A program made the translations under genes and the position numbers. 64,000 nucleotides of DNA from Halocafeteria seosinensis (lineage: Eukaryota). The notes under the pieces were generated by a model. It was given only the letters and a program-made list of their open reading frames with translations. It ran no database searches and was not told where the DNA came from. The stretch lies in contig LVLI01000295.1 of assembly GCA_001687465.1 (NCBI GenBank), positions 124,001-188,000 on the forward strand, written 5' to 3'. Shown piece after piece: positions 47,722 through 59,700 of the stretch. Within the stretch, counting starts at the first letter, position 1, and every line of letters starts with the position of its first letter.

Positions 47722-49809
47722 ATGAACCGTGGAAGGTGGAAGAGAAGTAATTGTAGAAAGTTTCTATCGGAAGCGAAGCGGTATTGCATTGATGAGAATG
47801 GGCACTTTTATCAGTTTGTCTGGAAATACGTGTTTGTCGTCTGCGTCGCCACAGTACTGCTTCTGACGGCACTAGTCATCAAGCTTGAAACGGACGAAGA
47901 TGAGGTGACCGGCATTCAAGGGGAAAATGCTCTCTATCTCTGGTTTTTATATTCTGGATCTGTATTCGCTTTCTACGTACCGAGTAAACTATTTAGCAAA
48001 GGATTTGCGCTTCTGTTGAAAGGAGGTTTGCGTGGATGCGGCAGGGTTGGTAATACCGTGGCGTTCTACCTCTCCGCCATAGAGGGGGCGTATGCCGAAG
48101 TTCTTACAATTGCGATAGCCTGGAATCTAGATGGAGTCATTTTTGGGATCAAACTGGAAGAAAGGCAATGGCTAGATAGGACATGGAGAACCCTGTTTGC
48201 ACTCAGTACCCTAAACGCCGCAAGGCATCTGATGGAGAAATTCATTCTCGCACGATTCGAAAGAACCTCGTATGAACGCAAGGTTGATTCTTACCTTAAA
48301 TACCAAATGATTGTCAAAGGGCTGACTTGCCCTCTTTTGCAAGATCAAGTGGATGCGCGAGCAAGGGATCCCGAGTGGAAGCTGGAGACAGAAGAATCCC
48401 GGCTTCTTGATGGAACTCATTCCCTCATTGATAAAATTAACTACATTGATCGTACGACATTCCGTTTATATGACGATAAGGGAGAATTAGTTCCTGTTCG
48501 ACATAAAGATCAAGTTCGACTGTTGGCTCAATCCGCATTTGTTAGATTAAAACAACTTCCTTGGGAGACTGTGGCGCAAGCAACAGAATCAATACAAAAA
48601 GCTGATGCGAGACGAATGTCAGGAAAAGCGAGTCGATACACCGTGCTGGCAGCCTATGATGTACCTGATGTAGTAAGCGAAGGTTCGGCGGAGTCGCAGG
48701 CAGAGGCCGTACTCCAACGCGCTCGTTCTGGTTCTGATGTTGACCGAAAGGTCGTGATAGACAACCGACCAATGAAGAAACGGAATAGCACAGGTGATTT
48801 ACAAAGTCTGCATACCAACCATTCTGCCATGGGTCGACTAACGAGACGGACAAATTTGTCAAACATATTTGGGAAATCGAAGAGCGAATCCTTCCGCAGG
48901 AAAGATGATAAAAAAGTCAGGTTACATGTTGTCCCGGGGGAATTGCTCCGTGGTCACTTCTTTGTTGTTCTGGGAAAAGATCTAGCACAGGATGGTGTCT
49001 TGCTGTTTGATGAGGCACAAAATGGATTGATAAACTTTGATGAGTTCGTTAACGGATTTTTTAATGCGTACGCAGCTTACAGGAGTCTGGATGGCAGTGA
49101 ATCTTGCTATATTTCCGTTTCGTACGTTGTATACCTAATTGGAGTCACTCTCTTTTTCATCGCGGCTGCTGTTACTTCACTCAGCATTTGGAACGTACCA
49201 CTAGGCCGTATATTCGTACCTCTGGGCACTGTTGTACTCATAACCTCTTTTGCTATTAGTGGGACTATTCTACGTCTGGTATCCAGTTTGATGTTTGTAA
49301 TGGGCGTAAGACCATACGACGTGGGCGATCGTGTTGCATCAGCGTCAATTTACAATCATGAAACGCTAGTAGTGGAACGAATTTATATACTCTCGACGTT
49401 ATTCCGGCGGCGAACTGGTAAGAGATTCATCATGCCGAACGATATATTGGCCACAGTTCCCATTGAGAACCATAGAAGATCGCCGTCAGCAACACTCATC
49501 ATGCGTTTTTCAATTGGATTAAATACTGACCCAGAGGCGCTGACGAAACTGAAGCAGAGGATATTGGAGTATCTTCTAGATAACCCGAACGAATGGCGCC
49601 CAGGGCTGACATTCTCCTCCGAAATGGTCAACCCGGGTCCGCTGAACACTATCAATCTGAAAGTTCAGGTTATCCACCATCTCGATTGGCAAGAAAGTAT
49701 GGAAATTTGGAGTGCCTACAGCGCGTTACTGATGTTCGTCGCTCTAGAGTTGCAAAAGCTAGGGATAACATACGAGTACCCTGTTACCCCTTATGAAATA
49801 CTACCATAA
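47722..49809 (+). CDS. MscS-like (MSL) mechanosensitive channel with EF-hand-like motif
   Basis: Intronless, 695 aa; multiple TMs; 'LFDEAQNGLINFDEF'; 'MFVMGVRPYDVGDRV', 'MPNDILATVPIENHRRS'. Confidence 0.92.
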   Translation: MNRGRWKRSNCRKFLSEAKRYCIDENGHFYQFVWKYVFVVCVATVLLLTALVIKLETDEDEVTGIQGENALYLWFLYSGSVFAFYVPSKLFSKGFALLLKGGLRGCGRVGNTVAFYLSAIEGAYAEVLTIAIAWNLDGVIFGIKLEERQWLDRTWRTLFALSTLNAARHLMEKFILARFERTSYERKVDSYLKYQMIVKGLTCPLLQDQVDARARDPEWKLETEESRLLDGTHSLIDKINYIDRTTFRLYDDKGELVPVRHKDQVRLLAQSAFVRLKQLPWETVAQATESIQKADARRMSGKASRYTVLAAYDVPDVVSEGSAESQAEAVLQRARSGSDVDRKVVIDNRPMKKRNSTGDLQSLHTNHSAMGRLTRRTNLSNIFGKSKSESFRRKDDKKVRLHVVPGELLRGHFFVVLGKDLAQDGVLLFDEAQNGLINFDEFVNGFFNAYAAYRSLDGSESCYISVSYVVYLIGVTLFFIAAAVTSLSIWNVPLGRIFVPLGTVVLITSFAISGTILRLVSSLMFVMGVRPYDVGDRVASASIYNHETLVVERIYILSTLFRRRTGKRFIMPNDILATVPIENHRRSPSATLIMRFSIGLNTDPEALTKLKQRILEYLLDNPNEWRPGLTFSSEMVNPGPLNTINLKVQVIHHLDWQESMEIWSAYSALLMFVALELQKLGITYEYPVTPYEILP

Positions 49810-50826
49810 TGCAGTTAACCACCTATCCTAATACCGGCAATGGTATTAGGATTAGGTTCTCTTAGAATGGAATGGATTCAATAATGGGTTAAACAGAAGT
49901 CATATGTGGTATTCAGATGCGGCGCGCTCCTGCGAAAGCAAGAACACCTACAATTTGTTTGACGCTATTGAGTACAATGGGCATCGAGAATTATTTCGCC
50001 ATCGCACAAAGATCCACGTCCACTTGAGCAAGGACTTGCTATTGGCATCATCAGTTAGACACAGATCATAGAGGCAAGGGACCATGATCCGTTCGAAATG
50101 TGCGCGATGCCATTGGGTGGCGACGACATGGACAGGTACGTACCATGCTTCCCACTGCGCTGTCGCTTCCCCCCGGGAAGGAAAGATCACTCTGCAAGTA
50201 CGCTATATAAGAATGAATGTGCAGCGCTGTATAATGCAATGACATTGAGACAAACGATGATCATGGCACAAAGATACACGCATGTTTGCTGTAGCACAAG
50301 CTTCACCCATCCACCCACCCATTGACATGGGATCGAATGAAGGGGCAAAGAGCAATAAAAAGGGTCATTAAACATCATAAATACGCTAACAACCCCAACC
50401 CTTGTGCGTTCCAAAAGGAGGGAAAAAGAGCACTGTACGTACCCATGGAGAATGAACTCGCGCAACTTGAAAACACTTTGGTACTCAAAGCGCACCAAAA
50501 CCTCAGGACCACCGTGCCAAAGTGGAGTGGTTGAATTCCGTTCACTTTGAACTGAATCTCATCCATAATTTACAATAAATTTTACTTTTGTAATGTAATT
50601 GTTGGGCGATAACCTTAAAAAAAAAAAAATGCTTCCCAAGTCTTCCATATCTTGGTATAACAAAAGATTGTACGGTTCATTCCATTTCGTCGAATGATTT
50701 CGAAAGGTGTGGCCCAAATTTTAAAGAGGCCATACATCATACTCATGGAAAGTTTTGCAAAATGTGTTGGTACTAGATGATAGATACAAATACTACCGGC
50801 CGTGCTTCTCAGTGTGCTGCAGAAAA

Positions 50827-51725
50827 ATGGCTTCTTCCGCCGCGGGAGGAGCGAGATTAAGACACCTTAATCTCCTCAGTGAATACAGGGAAGTGGCTAA
50901 TAATGCTCCATTAGACACCTACATCCTCCCAGACCCCCATGAGATGTACTTATTTCATGGGCTAATCCAGCCGGGACAAGGAGTGTGGAAAGGAATTGTA
51001 TTCAAATTTCTCATCAAACTTCCAGCCGATTCGGCCTCTTCATCGTCAATGGCAGGAGCTCCTGTGGAGCATACAAAGTGGCCTCAGGTAACCTTTGTCA
51101 ATGCACCTCCGCATCCTCTGATTGCTAAGAAGGTTAGTACCCACGCGACTATGGTGGGAATGCATCGCTTTCACCTGGAACTGAACTGAACTTGACTTCT
51201 CAGACGGGAGCATTGAACATTGAACATCTCTTTGAAATCGGAAACGGCCGTTCTGCACCACCTAAGCGTAATCTACTGGGATTCGTGGTGAAGATCAAGA
51301 GTCTTCTTTTCCCAGAACCTGAGCTCCTTTCGCAAATTGTGGACGAGAAGGCGTGGAACTCGGAAGCCCTAGAGAGGTATGGTGCCTTGGACTGGTAGTT
51401 GGCATTATGGAAATCAGTACACAACGCCTACTTACCTCGCAGATTTAGAAATGACGGAATAGAGTATTTTGAAGAAGTTCGAGATAGAATAAAATGCATG
51501 TCCAGGGATGTTGCACCGACAGAGACGTTTGCCGATATTGGCGTAAAACCAGAGTTAACCCCCTTCTCCGTATGTTCACCGTCCCGAGAGACAGTGACAA
51601 TGATGAACTTTTTGACATCTACAAATGAGCCAAAGAGTATTAATGATCTCGTAAACTTCGTTTCGCAAAGTGTGCAAGAGAGGGAAAAGAAATATGGTGG
51701 CAATCATAGAGACAGTGCTAGTTGA
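50827..51725 (+). CDS. AKTIP: AKTIP/FTS-like ubiquitin E2 variant (no catalytic Cys)
   Basis: 'LLSEY..AP..YILP..FHGLI..GVWKGIVFKF', 'PQVTF..PPHPLI', 'TGALNI' where E2s have GxICL, 'AWNSEA'; two introns. Confidence 0.72.
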
Positions 51726-52466
51726 GTGTGGCAAGGCCCATGGGGCTATGATATTTACTACACGCGAACATTCCCGTTGGATCTCAACGATCCTTCTTCA
51801 TCGTGAGCAAATCTCTCGCCAAAGACAAAGACTGTCAAGACCGATAGAATGAACCCCTTTATCCGTTGAAGCAAGTCCGAGCAGTGCAGATTTGGGAAAG
51901 TGGAAAGAAATAGCATGACTTCGTCAACGGTCTGTTCAATTTAACCGGAGTAATCAATTCGTCTTTGCTCTCGTTACAACTGCTAAAGTCTTCAGGTTTA
52001 GAATGCAACTAAGAAAGGGACGCTGAAGAACACTCTACACTACAGAAATGAGTAAATTAGTTGGAAGTTTGCACCTGCACCTAGCTGTCTCTCTTATGTC
52101 TGAGCTCTGCAGCAGCAATTGACAGTGTACAAAGGAGTTGTAACCACGCTATTTCGGCAACATTGGCATTGGATGACGACACTGACTGCAACGCAATACT
52201 GGGTACTGGTGACCCACAGTAAGGCTACGGGGGATGGATCCTAGCGGTGTAACAACTATGCAAACCCACATGAGGTACTAAAGTCCTCGACGCATCTACA
52301 TGTACGTAGTCTATAGTTTATGGCCTACCAGCTGACTAGTACGACTACATACATGCACGGTGGAGACAGACGAAGCTACTTACCAACTAGCACTATCACT
52401 ATTGGCTAATAGCCCCAACTACCCAAAAGGGGCGCGTCACAACCATCAATTCTAGTCCAATTTCAA

Positions 52467-52819
52467 AATTCTTACCGAAGCTTCCCATACATATGTATGG
52501 GTATACATGTGATAATAGTGAATGTCATTCAGTAATGAGTAATACACCGTAGTTACCCCGTCCGTTCATGTCGTTACATAATGCGTGCCAAGTCGAAAGT
52601 TTCTCAATGCTCTGCACCTGCTCCTGCTCCGCCAAACGTGCTTCCTTCCAATACATATGTAGCTCTCAGTTTTAACCGTCTCGTTTCCATCCAGTCCAGA
52701 CCAATTCCGTTCATCAGAATTCAGAGAGAATTCTTACCGAAGCTCCCCATCTGAGTAGAATAATGGTGAATTTTCTTTTAGCAATGGTTCTTCCGTCCGT
52801 TCATGTCCTTACATGATGC
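52467..52819. repeat. Degenerate direct duplication, two copies of about 90-120 nt
   Basis: aattcttaccgaagct.cccat at 52467 and 52729; ccgtccgttcatgtc.ttacat at ~52558 and ~52793. Confidence 0.7.
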
Positions 52820-54699
52820 ATTGATGCGCTTTATCTTGTTGAGGGCTCCTACTTCGAGCATACGCGATATCCTGAGGCTCTGAGAGCCCCTTTTGTTGTT
52901 TTCCTCAAGGGCGGTCCAAGGCGGGTGACCGTGCAATACCGGTATTGTCATATTATTCCAATCCTAAGATTCAAAGGATATAGCCCCAACGTAGACGATA
53001 AACACGAAAGAAAACCCACTGTACCCAGTAACAGGGATTTTGAGGAGAAGCACACTGCAAGCTTTCAGCAACGAGACCCACATGTGACGAGTTCTCGAGC
53101 CACCTACACTCCACGGAAATTCTCCGCCGGAGACAAGTAGCCGCTTCTGGTACCTACTCCCCAAGATCTAGCAGTATTACACATACAAATAGTGATGTTT
53201 GAAGTCCCCGCCGTCATCCGATACATTCTCAACAGAGGTCAATGGATCCGACCCATCCGGTACAACGCATGTTTCGGTCGAGTATATCTTTGGATACGCA
53301 AATGGTGAATACGCGTCGGTTGAGGAGCTGACGAGGTCCTTCGCGTCTGTATGCTTATGTAGGCCCAGGTTGGTTTTAATCTGCATTCTTCTTTGAAAGA
53401 CATTCTTTCTATCGATACAGGAGCATTGTACAGTACAGTGGGACCGCCAAAGTTTGCCAAATCCAAGATAACGGTGCACTAGAGAATTCAGCCCTGTAAT
53501 GTAAACGTAATGGCGACAATGAACAAATCCAAGCTGACACGAACAATCGGTTACCATTTCCTGGTAATCCTGTTCGTATCGCTGAACACGCCACAAGAAA
53601 GATACCGCGGTGTACCGCCCTCCTCCATGAATCGGGGCTCTCTCGGCCAGCAGCTGCCACTCTTGGAGAGGACTTCTCCTGTAAAGTAAGTACCGCACGC
53701 ATGAAGATGCAACCAGGAACAGATGAGGTGATGCCATGATGGATCCTAAGGTTCGCTTGCAGTTGTTCTCTGGAGACGTTCTGTCACAGCGCTGTCCAGT
53801 CGATTGGCATATCGTTAACGTCGAGGGTTGCGCTCGATAATTGCCAGTTTACGGGAACACAAACGTCGCGACGCAAGACTGACCAATCACCACGTAACTT
53901 GAAAGCACTAGTTGTAAAACTGACTACAGATACAGGGACAGAAAACATCGTGTGGTCAGGGCTCTGGGAAGTCCCGGTGATGCAAGACCAGCTCTATTTT
54001 AAACTTCCAGTATTTTTTCGATGCTACTCCTGTTTCAATGTGAACTATATGGACACGAATAATCGCAGGATTTGTTCTAAAGTTTTATGGTGTTCTTTCC
54101 GCCCGGTCCAGTCAAGTCTTCAGGCTTGCGCCCCCCTGCTAAGTGCCTCGATTCAGAAGCCACATTTATCTGCCGTGTCATGCATTGAATCAAAGGGGGC
54201 TCGAAAATTTGTGCAAGTTTACACCATCGTTTACTCAGACTTCCTCGAAAGACGCAGGTCCACCGCTGGTACTACAACCGGTAGTCTCTCATCTTTTGGT
54301 AACGTTTTGGGCCCCTGCAGCAGCTGCAGTGCAGCTGACACTGGTTATGGAAATGCACGTGTTAATGGTTCTGTGTTTCATTGTGTTAGTGAAACTTACT
54401 GTGCGCCGCTACAGATACGCCGGAAGAAGAGTGGGTTACAATATTCTAGAGGCAATGGTAAGACAGAATGGAAAGGAATACACGCCTCTCGAGTTTCCAC
54501 CTCCACTTCGAGCATTATGCCTAAATACGGCGAAATTCATGGAGCTGGTACTCGAGAGACCAAACATCGTTTTTTGCAATATGTACCGATATACCAAAGT
54601 TCCCAGATGGTATATTTCATGCTTCGATATGGGACCATGCAAAGCGTTTGGAGACTTCGAAATCCCTCTTTGGGATTCTACACAACTCGGAACCGAGAG

Positions 54700-56556
54700 A
54701 TGGATGCTACAGCACGTACCACATTCGTCGTTTCCTCCACCTCCGTGACAGTCAACCGTGCTGGGGCTTCCTCTCTTCCTTTCCTAAGGACATCCTTTGG
54801 CATTGCGGATAAGACGCTCCGTTGGCTGCTTTTGCTCTTATTTGCCACGTTGGTTTTAATACTCGCTTATGACCGGGGTGGAATGAGTAGGCTGGCTCCA
54901 CATTCGACCAAGGGAAGCGTTTCTACCAGAAATACCAGCACATTCGGTAAAACAACGATTTTTTTGGTTTCCAGTAAGAGTCCAAAATGGCGAGTCTCTA
55001 GGTTGCTCCTGACGTTGCCATTTATTGCCTTGGGCATTCCCACCCCTTGTAGTGAAGGAAGGGATCTGCGAGCGAGTATACAAGACGGAAACGAGACGTG
55101 TTTTAAATTCGTGTCTGGTATGAAACTGTTTGAATTGAAATGTGATGTGTTGGTGTGGGCGACCCATGGCTACAAGAACGACGACTACATCTCCCTTCAG
55201 TCAAACGAGATATTCGATGGTGGGCGAGCAAGGACGAACTTCATTGATTTGGGTAACATTACAGATTTCCTCGGACTATTTGTGATTCACAATGGCGTAG
55301 AGTCATTTGTTGATGCTCCCACAATTCGGAATGTGCACACCAGAAACGGGGAACTCAGATCTGAAGGTGGATTTATCGTTCAAGGGAGCCAAAAATTTTT
55401 TACTGTGAATTCTTGCAGCTCAACTGGGAAAATACAAGGGAACAATGCGGGCGGTATTTGCGGTGCTAATTGTGGCAATTCGGGCGGAGTTGAGATAGTA
55501 GCTTGTTGCTCTACCGGGATTATAGCTGGTAGCGGGGCAGGTGGGATCACTGGACAAAGTATAGGAACCCAAGATGGCATCGTCAACATCAGTCGCTGTC
55601 ATTCCACTGGATATATAAAAGGAACAAGAGCTGGAGGTATTTGTGGGGCGAATGCTGGTCAATATCGGAGTCACGTCCAGATAACACAGTCGTTTTCGAC
55701 GGGAGATATTCTCTCCAGTGCTTCAGAGGGTGGTGGTATTGCAGGTGCTCACCCAGGTGAGCACGGTGGTTTTGTATCAATCGAAGAATGTTATTCTACA
55801 GGAAAAGTATCTGCAGACGATAGCGGGGGTATCAGTGGAGATGATACAGGATTTACCAATGGTGAGGTACACATTAAGGATTGCTACTCAAGAGGGGATA
55901 TTGATGGAGTATTCGCCGGCGGTATTACAGGAGACGATACTGGTGGGAGTGGGGGCAAGGTACTCATTAAAAATACGTACGCGTCCGGAATAGTTCGCGA
56001 CGAAAAGGCAGGTGGGATCGTGGGAAGCATAGAGAGTGGATCCAGTGATACTGTAGTAGTAGAATATTCGGTTTACAACGGGGCTAGTCTCGTTGGCGAC
56101 GACCCCGCGAACCGACTGCAGAGTTCCGGTAACGTGGGCGACCTGAATGAAATCAATGGCCAGTTGTACTGGTATGGAGGTGTTCAAAAGTGGGATGAGA
56201 ATATCTGGGTAGTGCCCAGCGGAAGCGATGAATTGCCAATTCTGCGCTTCCAAATATTTTCACCGTCGCCAGGGCCAGCTTGTTCAGCAACTCCTACAGA
56301 GACCATGTCTTCTTCACCTACAAGGACCATGTCTTCTTCACCTACACAGACCATGTCTCCTTCAACTACACGGACCATGTCTCCTTCACCTACACGGACC
56401 ATGTCTCCTTCACCTACACAAACCATGTCTCCTTCACCTACACAAACCATGTCCCCTTCAGTGTCTGCATCCGCGTCTCCACAGAGTATGAGTACCAAGA
56501 GACACCTACCGGCACGTAGACCAAGACGGGTAACCGGCGCCAGGGAGTCTCCGTAG
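54700..56556 (+). CDS. Surface/secreted GLUG-type repeat protein with Ser/Pro/Thr mucin-like tail; start uncertain (frame open from 53899)
   Basis: About 7 repeats of 'I..CYSTG.I....AGGI.G...G..GG.V'; hydrophobic segments near 54820 and 55000; intronless. Confidence 0.7.
   Translation: MDATARTTFVVSSTSVTVNRAGASSLPFLRTSFGIADKTLRWLLLLLFATLVLILAYDRGGMSRLAPHSTKGSVSTRNTSTFGKTTIFLVSSKSPKWRVSRLLLTLPFIALGIPTPCSEGRDLRASIQDGNETCFKFVSGMKLFELKCDVLVWATHGYKNDDYISLQSNEIFDGGRARTNFIDLGNITDFLGLFVIHNGVESFVDAPTIRNVHTRNGELRSEGGFIVQGSQKFFTVNSCSSTGKIQGNNAGGICGANCGNSGGVEIVACCSTGIIAGSGAGGITGQSIGTQDGIVNISRCHSTGYIKGTRAGGICGANAGQYRSHVQITQSFSTGDILSSASEGGGIAGAHPGEHGGFVSIEECYSTGKVSADDSGGISGDDTGFTNGEVHIKDCYSRGDIDGVFAGGITGDDTGGSGGKVLIKNTYASGIVRDEKAGGIVGSIESGSSDTVVVEYSVYNGASLVGDDPANRLQSSGNVGDLNEINGQLYWYGGVQKWDENIWVVPSGSDELPILRFQIFSPSPGPACSATPTETMSSSPTRTMSSSPTQTMSPSTTRTMSPSPTRTMSPSPTQTMSPSPTQTMSPSVSASASPQSMSTKRHLPARRPRRVTGARESP
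56293..56460 (+). repeat. 24-nt minisatellite x7 encoding PT(Q/R)TMS(P/S)S
   Basis: 'accatgtc' recurs every 24 nt from 56302 to 56446. Confidence 0.95.
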
Positions 56557-56787
56557 AAACACTCTATGATCACGACGTATGCCATCAAAATGAAACAGAA
56601 TATCACGTATACTATCACCTATGTCAAACATACTCATCCTCGTGCTATACTCTTCGAATTGACAATCGTTTCATCTTGTCGAACCAGCAAACACTGAATG
56701 TACATTGGGAAGGCGCGGAGCTACACAATAGTTACATGAGACACAAGAAATTCCGGATAGTTTGAGAGGAGACAAAAAGGGTGTTGA

Positions 56788-59700
56788 TTATGTTCCCTCG
56801 GGGATATCTTCCTCAATTTCATCTTCATCCTCCTCATCTCGAAGCTCTTCACCGACGGCCTCGGACACTGCTTGGAGATACTCGGACTCAATGAAAGGCT
56901 CCAACGGAATGCTATTTTGTTGCATTTCCTTTATGGTCTCGTGGGCTCGCTCCATGTTTCCTTGCTGAACATGATGAGCCACCATTAGAGCGTATACGTC
57001 ACCCGCTCGTACGGCCTCTTCCAGTTCGTCCTTGTTCAACAAACGTTCACATATTTGCAGCATCTTATCTGGGTCAGAACTCTGGGCATTCACGGCCTGT
57101 GACGACACGTAACGAACAATTGACACGTCGTGTTACAATGGGAGGAATAGGACCGCATACGAGTGAGTAATAGAATACAAGCGACATAGTATCTTACCTT
57201 AACGTACTCATCTACCGTATCTATCCGAGATTCAAGGTCTGCCACCCTGCTGTCCTTGTTCTCAGATTTCATCTTGTTGGCATATTTCAAAGCCTCTTTC
57301 AATGCCTTCAGGGCTTTTGAATAGTTGCGATATTCATCAATCTCTACGGAAGAACAAGCATCGAAAAAGTTTGACAATTGTTCGTAGGCTCGAGCTTTGC
57401 TATAGAACGATATAATGTTTTTGACTATCTCCGGTTCTTCGCTCCAATTCAGACCCTGTAAATAGTTGGCTGCTAGGACATAAATTTCTTTGCTCCTGCT
57501 CACGTTCGCGAAGAAGACGATTTTTTCTGTATCGCCACTCTTGAGCAGAGATCTCATTGCAAGGTTCTTATCCCCGGCTTGTGTATATTTCTTGGTAGCC
57601 AGATGAAACGACCCTTGCTTTTCACAAACATCTGCTATGTCCAATAGTAGCCGATTCCTCCTCTCTTTGTATTCCTCGGTAGCAGGTGATCCATCCGGGG
57701 GTGTCTTCGGCAACGTCATTGCGTCTGCTAGTTCTTCTGTTATCTTTACCCGGTGTTGAGAACATAGCTGCAGCGCCTTTTCGAACTGCCCAGCCGACGC
57801 TAACAAATTTACTGCTTTACTGTACTGGGAATGTTCTAAGAAGAAATCGGCACATTTCTGTAGCACTTCAGACGAGGCTTCGTCTTTTCCTTCACCTGTT
57901 CAATGTGACAAAGTCCTCTGTGAGGCAAATTCTTAATGCAGAATAGTGCATAGGAGGAGTAACTCACCAGCACTCAGGTCATCAGCTATTGATTGTAAGT
58001 CTTCATATAGCTGAAACCGAAAGCACAAATCAAGCGCTTTCCCCAGAGAGCCACTGCGATGATACAGTTGCACAGCTTTTTCGGCAAGCCCTTTGTCTTC
58101 AAAGTATCTGCAAACTTCTAGCTCAGTAAAGAATACACATGACGGTTCGCAAGCATACAGCGACTTACCTTGCTGCTTCTTTCATCACGGGACTTGTTCC
58201 CTGAAGAGCCAGAGTAACCAGCTGATCATCCTCTCCAGCGTCTTTGGCTAGTCTCACGGCGTGATTATACCGACCACTGCAGGCATAAAAGGACCAACGA
58301 GAAACCGCGCTGCATGATTGAATGCAACAAAATCAAACGCGAACAACGAACCTTTTCTCAAAGAAAAATAACGCGTCCCTTGTGTTTCCCTGTGCCTCGT
58401 GGTGCCGAGCTAGGTGGTATGCAGCAGCTTTATCGTCAGTCTCCAAGACGAGCTCTCTAGCATCATGCAGACGTTCCTGGTGGCACATAATCCGTACCAG
58501 GTCCTTTATAGCGGAAGCCTGTAGAGACTTTATATCAGCATATATTTGCATGAGTTTGCGGAAGGGTACATATTGCCTACCTCCCGATAGAACTCAATTG
58601 CATCATCGAAGTTACCCTGAGATTCGAGATATTGGGCCCACCATGTGTATAAATCGTTTGAGCCCGACCCTCTAACATATTGCTCAAGATCGGCAACGTT
58701 GCCTGAGTTTACTAGCATTCTAGGGACTTCCCTACTGCGAAGATACCGTCAACATGGAAAGGACAAGGATTAGGAGTGCGCACAGGCAAGGTAAATCGAA
58801 TCCTTCTAACGTACAAATGGGTATCCGACGCCTCATAATGCTCAATCGCTTCTCCTATGCGTCCCATTGATTCCAAGAACTTTGCATAAGAAAAATGAGT
58901 GTCAGACAAATGGATCCGATCCCTGTTCTTCGCTATATTTAATGCTTTTTCCCATTCTCCCGATTGCTGCAAAAAAATCGATGCATTGCCGCAGGAAGCA
59001 TTCATCCTTTAGAGAGTCACATACCTGGTATAACTTGTTTAACAGGTCCCATCTATGGCAAGAGGAATATAGACGCGCTGCGTCCGCTAAAAGCCCAAGT
59101 TGTACAGCTACCATCGCTATGGCAGCCTCCGGTTCAGGTTCACGCTCTCGGACAGCATGCAGCGCTCTTACTCCTCGCAGATGTCCCATGTTGCTTAAGC
59201 AGATCTGGATACCCCAGTCGTCATCGTTAGTAACCACGGAAATTGTCAGTTATACGACAGTTGCTTACCTCTGCCACGTCCAGCCGCTTGCTCTTCACGC
59301 ATGTAAATGCCATATTGTGCCATACATGAGGACTGTCAATCGTTTTAACGGCGCGATGTGCCGCATCCATGTTACCTGTACATCGACCATATGTGATCAT
59401 CAGATGCATAGGTATGATGTTTTCTTGTTGAACAACGAACCCTTAGCTAATTCGTATGAAAAGTTTATAATTGCCGTTTTGGTCTCTTCATCGCAATCTT
59501 CGATACCAGAGAAATCTCGCAGCGGGACGTTGTCAAAACCCGCTGAATAGAGAAAAAGTCACAATATCTCGATCAGAGTTTTCTTCAGTGGAACAGAGCA
59601 AACAGGCTGACATACCATTATCACCAGGACGCAACGTCATTGTCACATATGGTACATAGAGCCCTAAAAGTCCGGTATGCTGCGTATCCATGGAGAGCGC

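Noticed and set aside
49948..50566. Cluster of short overlapping ORFs after MscS
   Set aside because: No homology recognised; no transposase motif or terminal repeats.
53177..53737. Minus-strand ORFs, e.g. NFGGPTVLYNAP
   Set aside because: Three overlapping frames, none assignable; probably decayed sequence.
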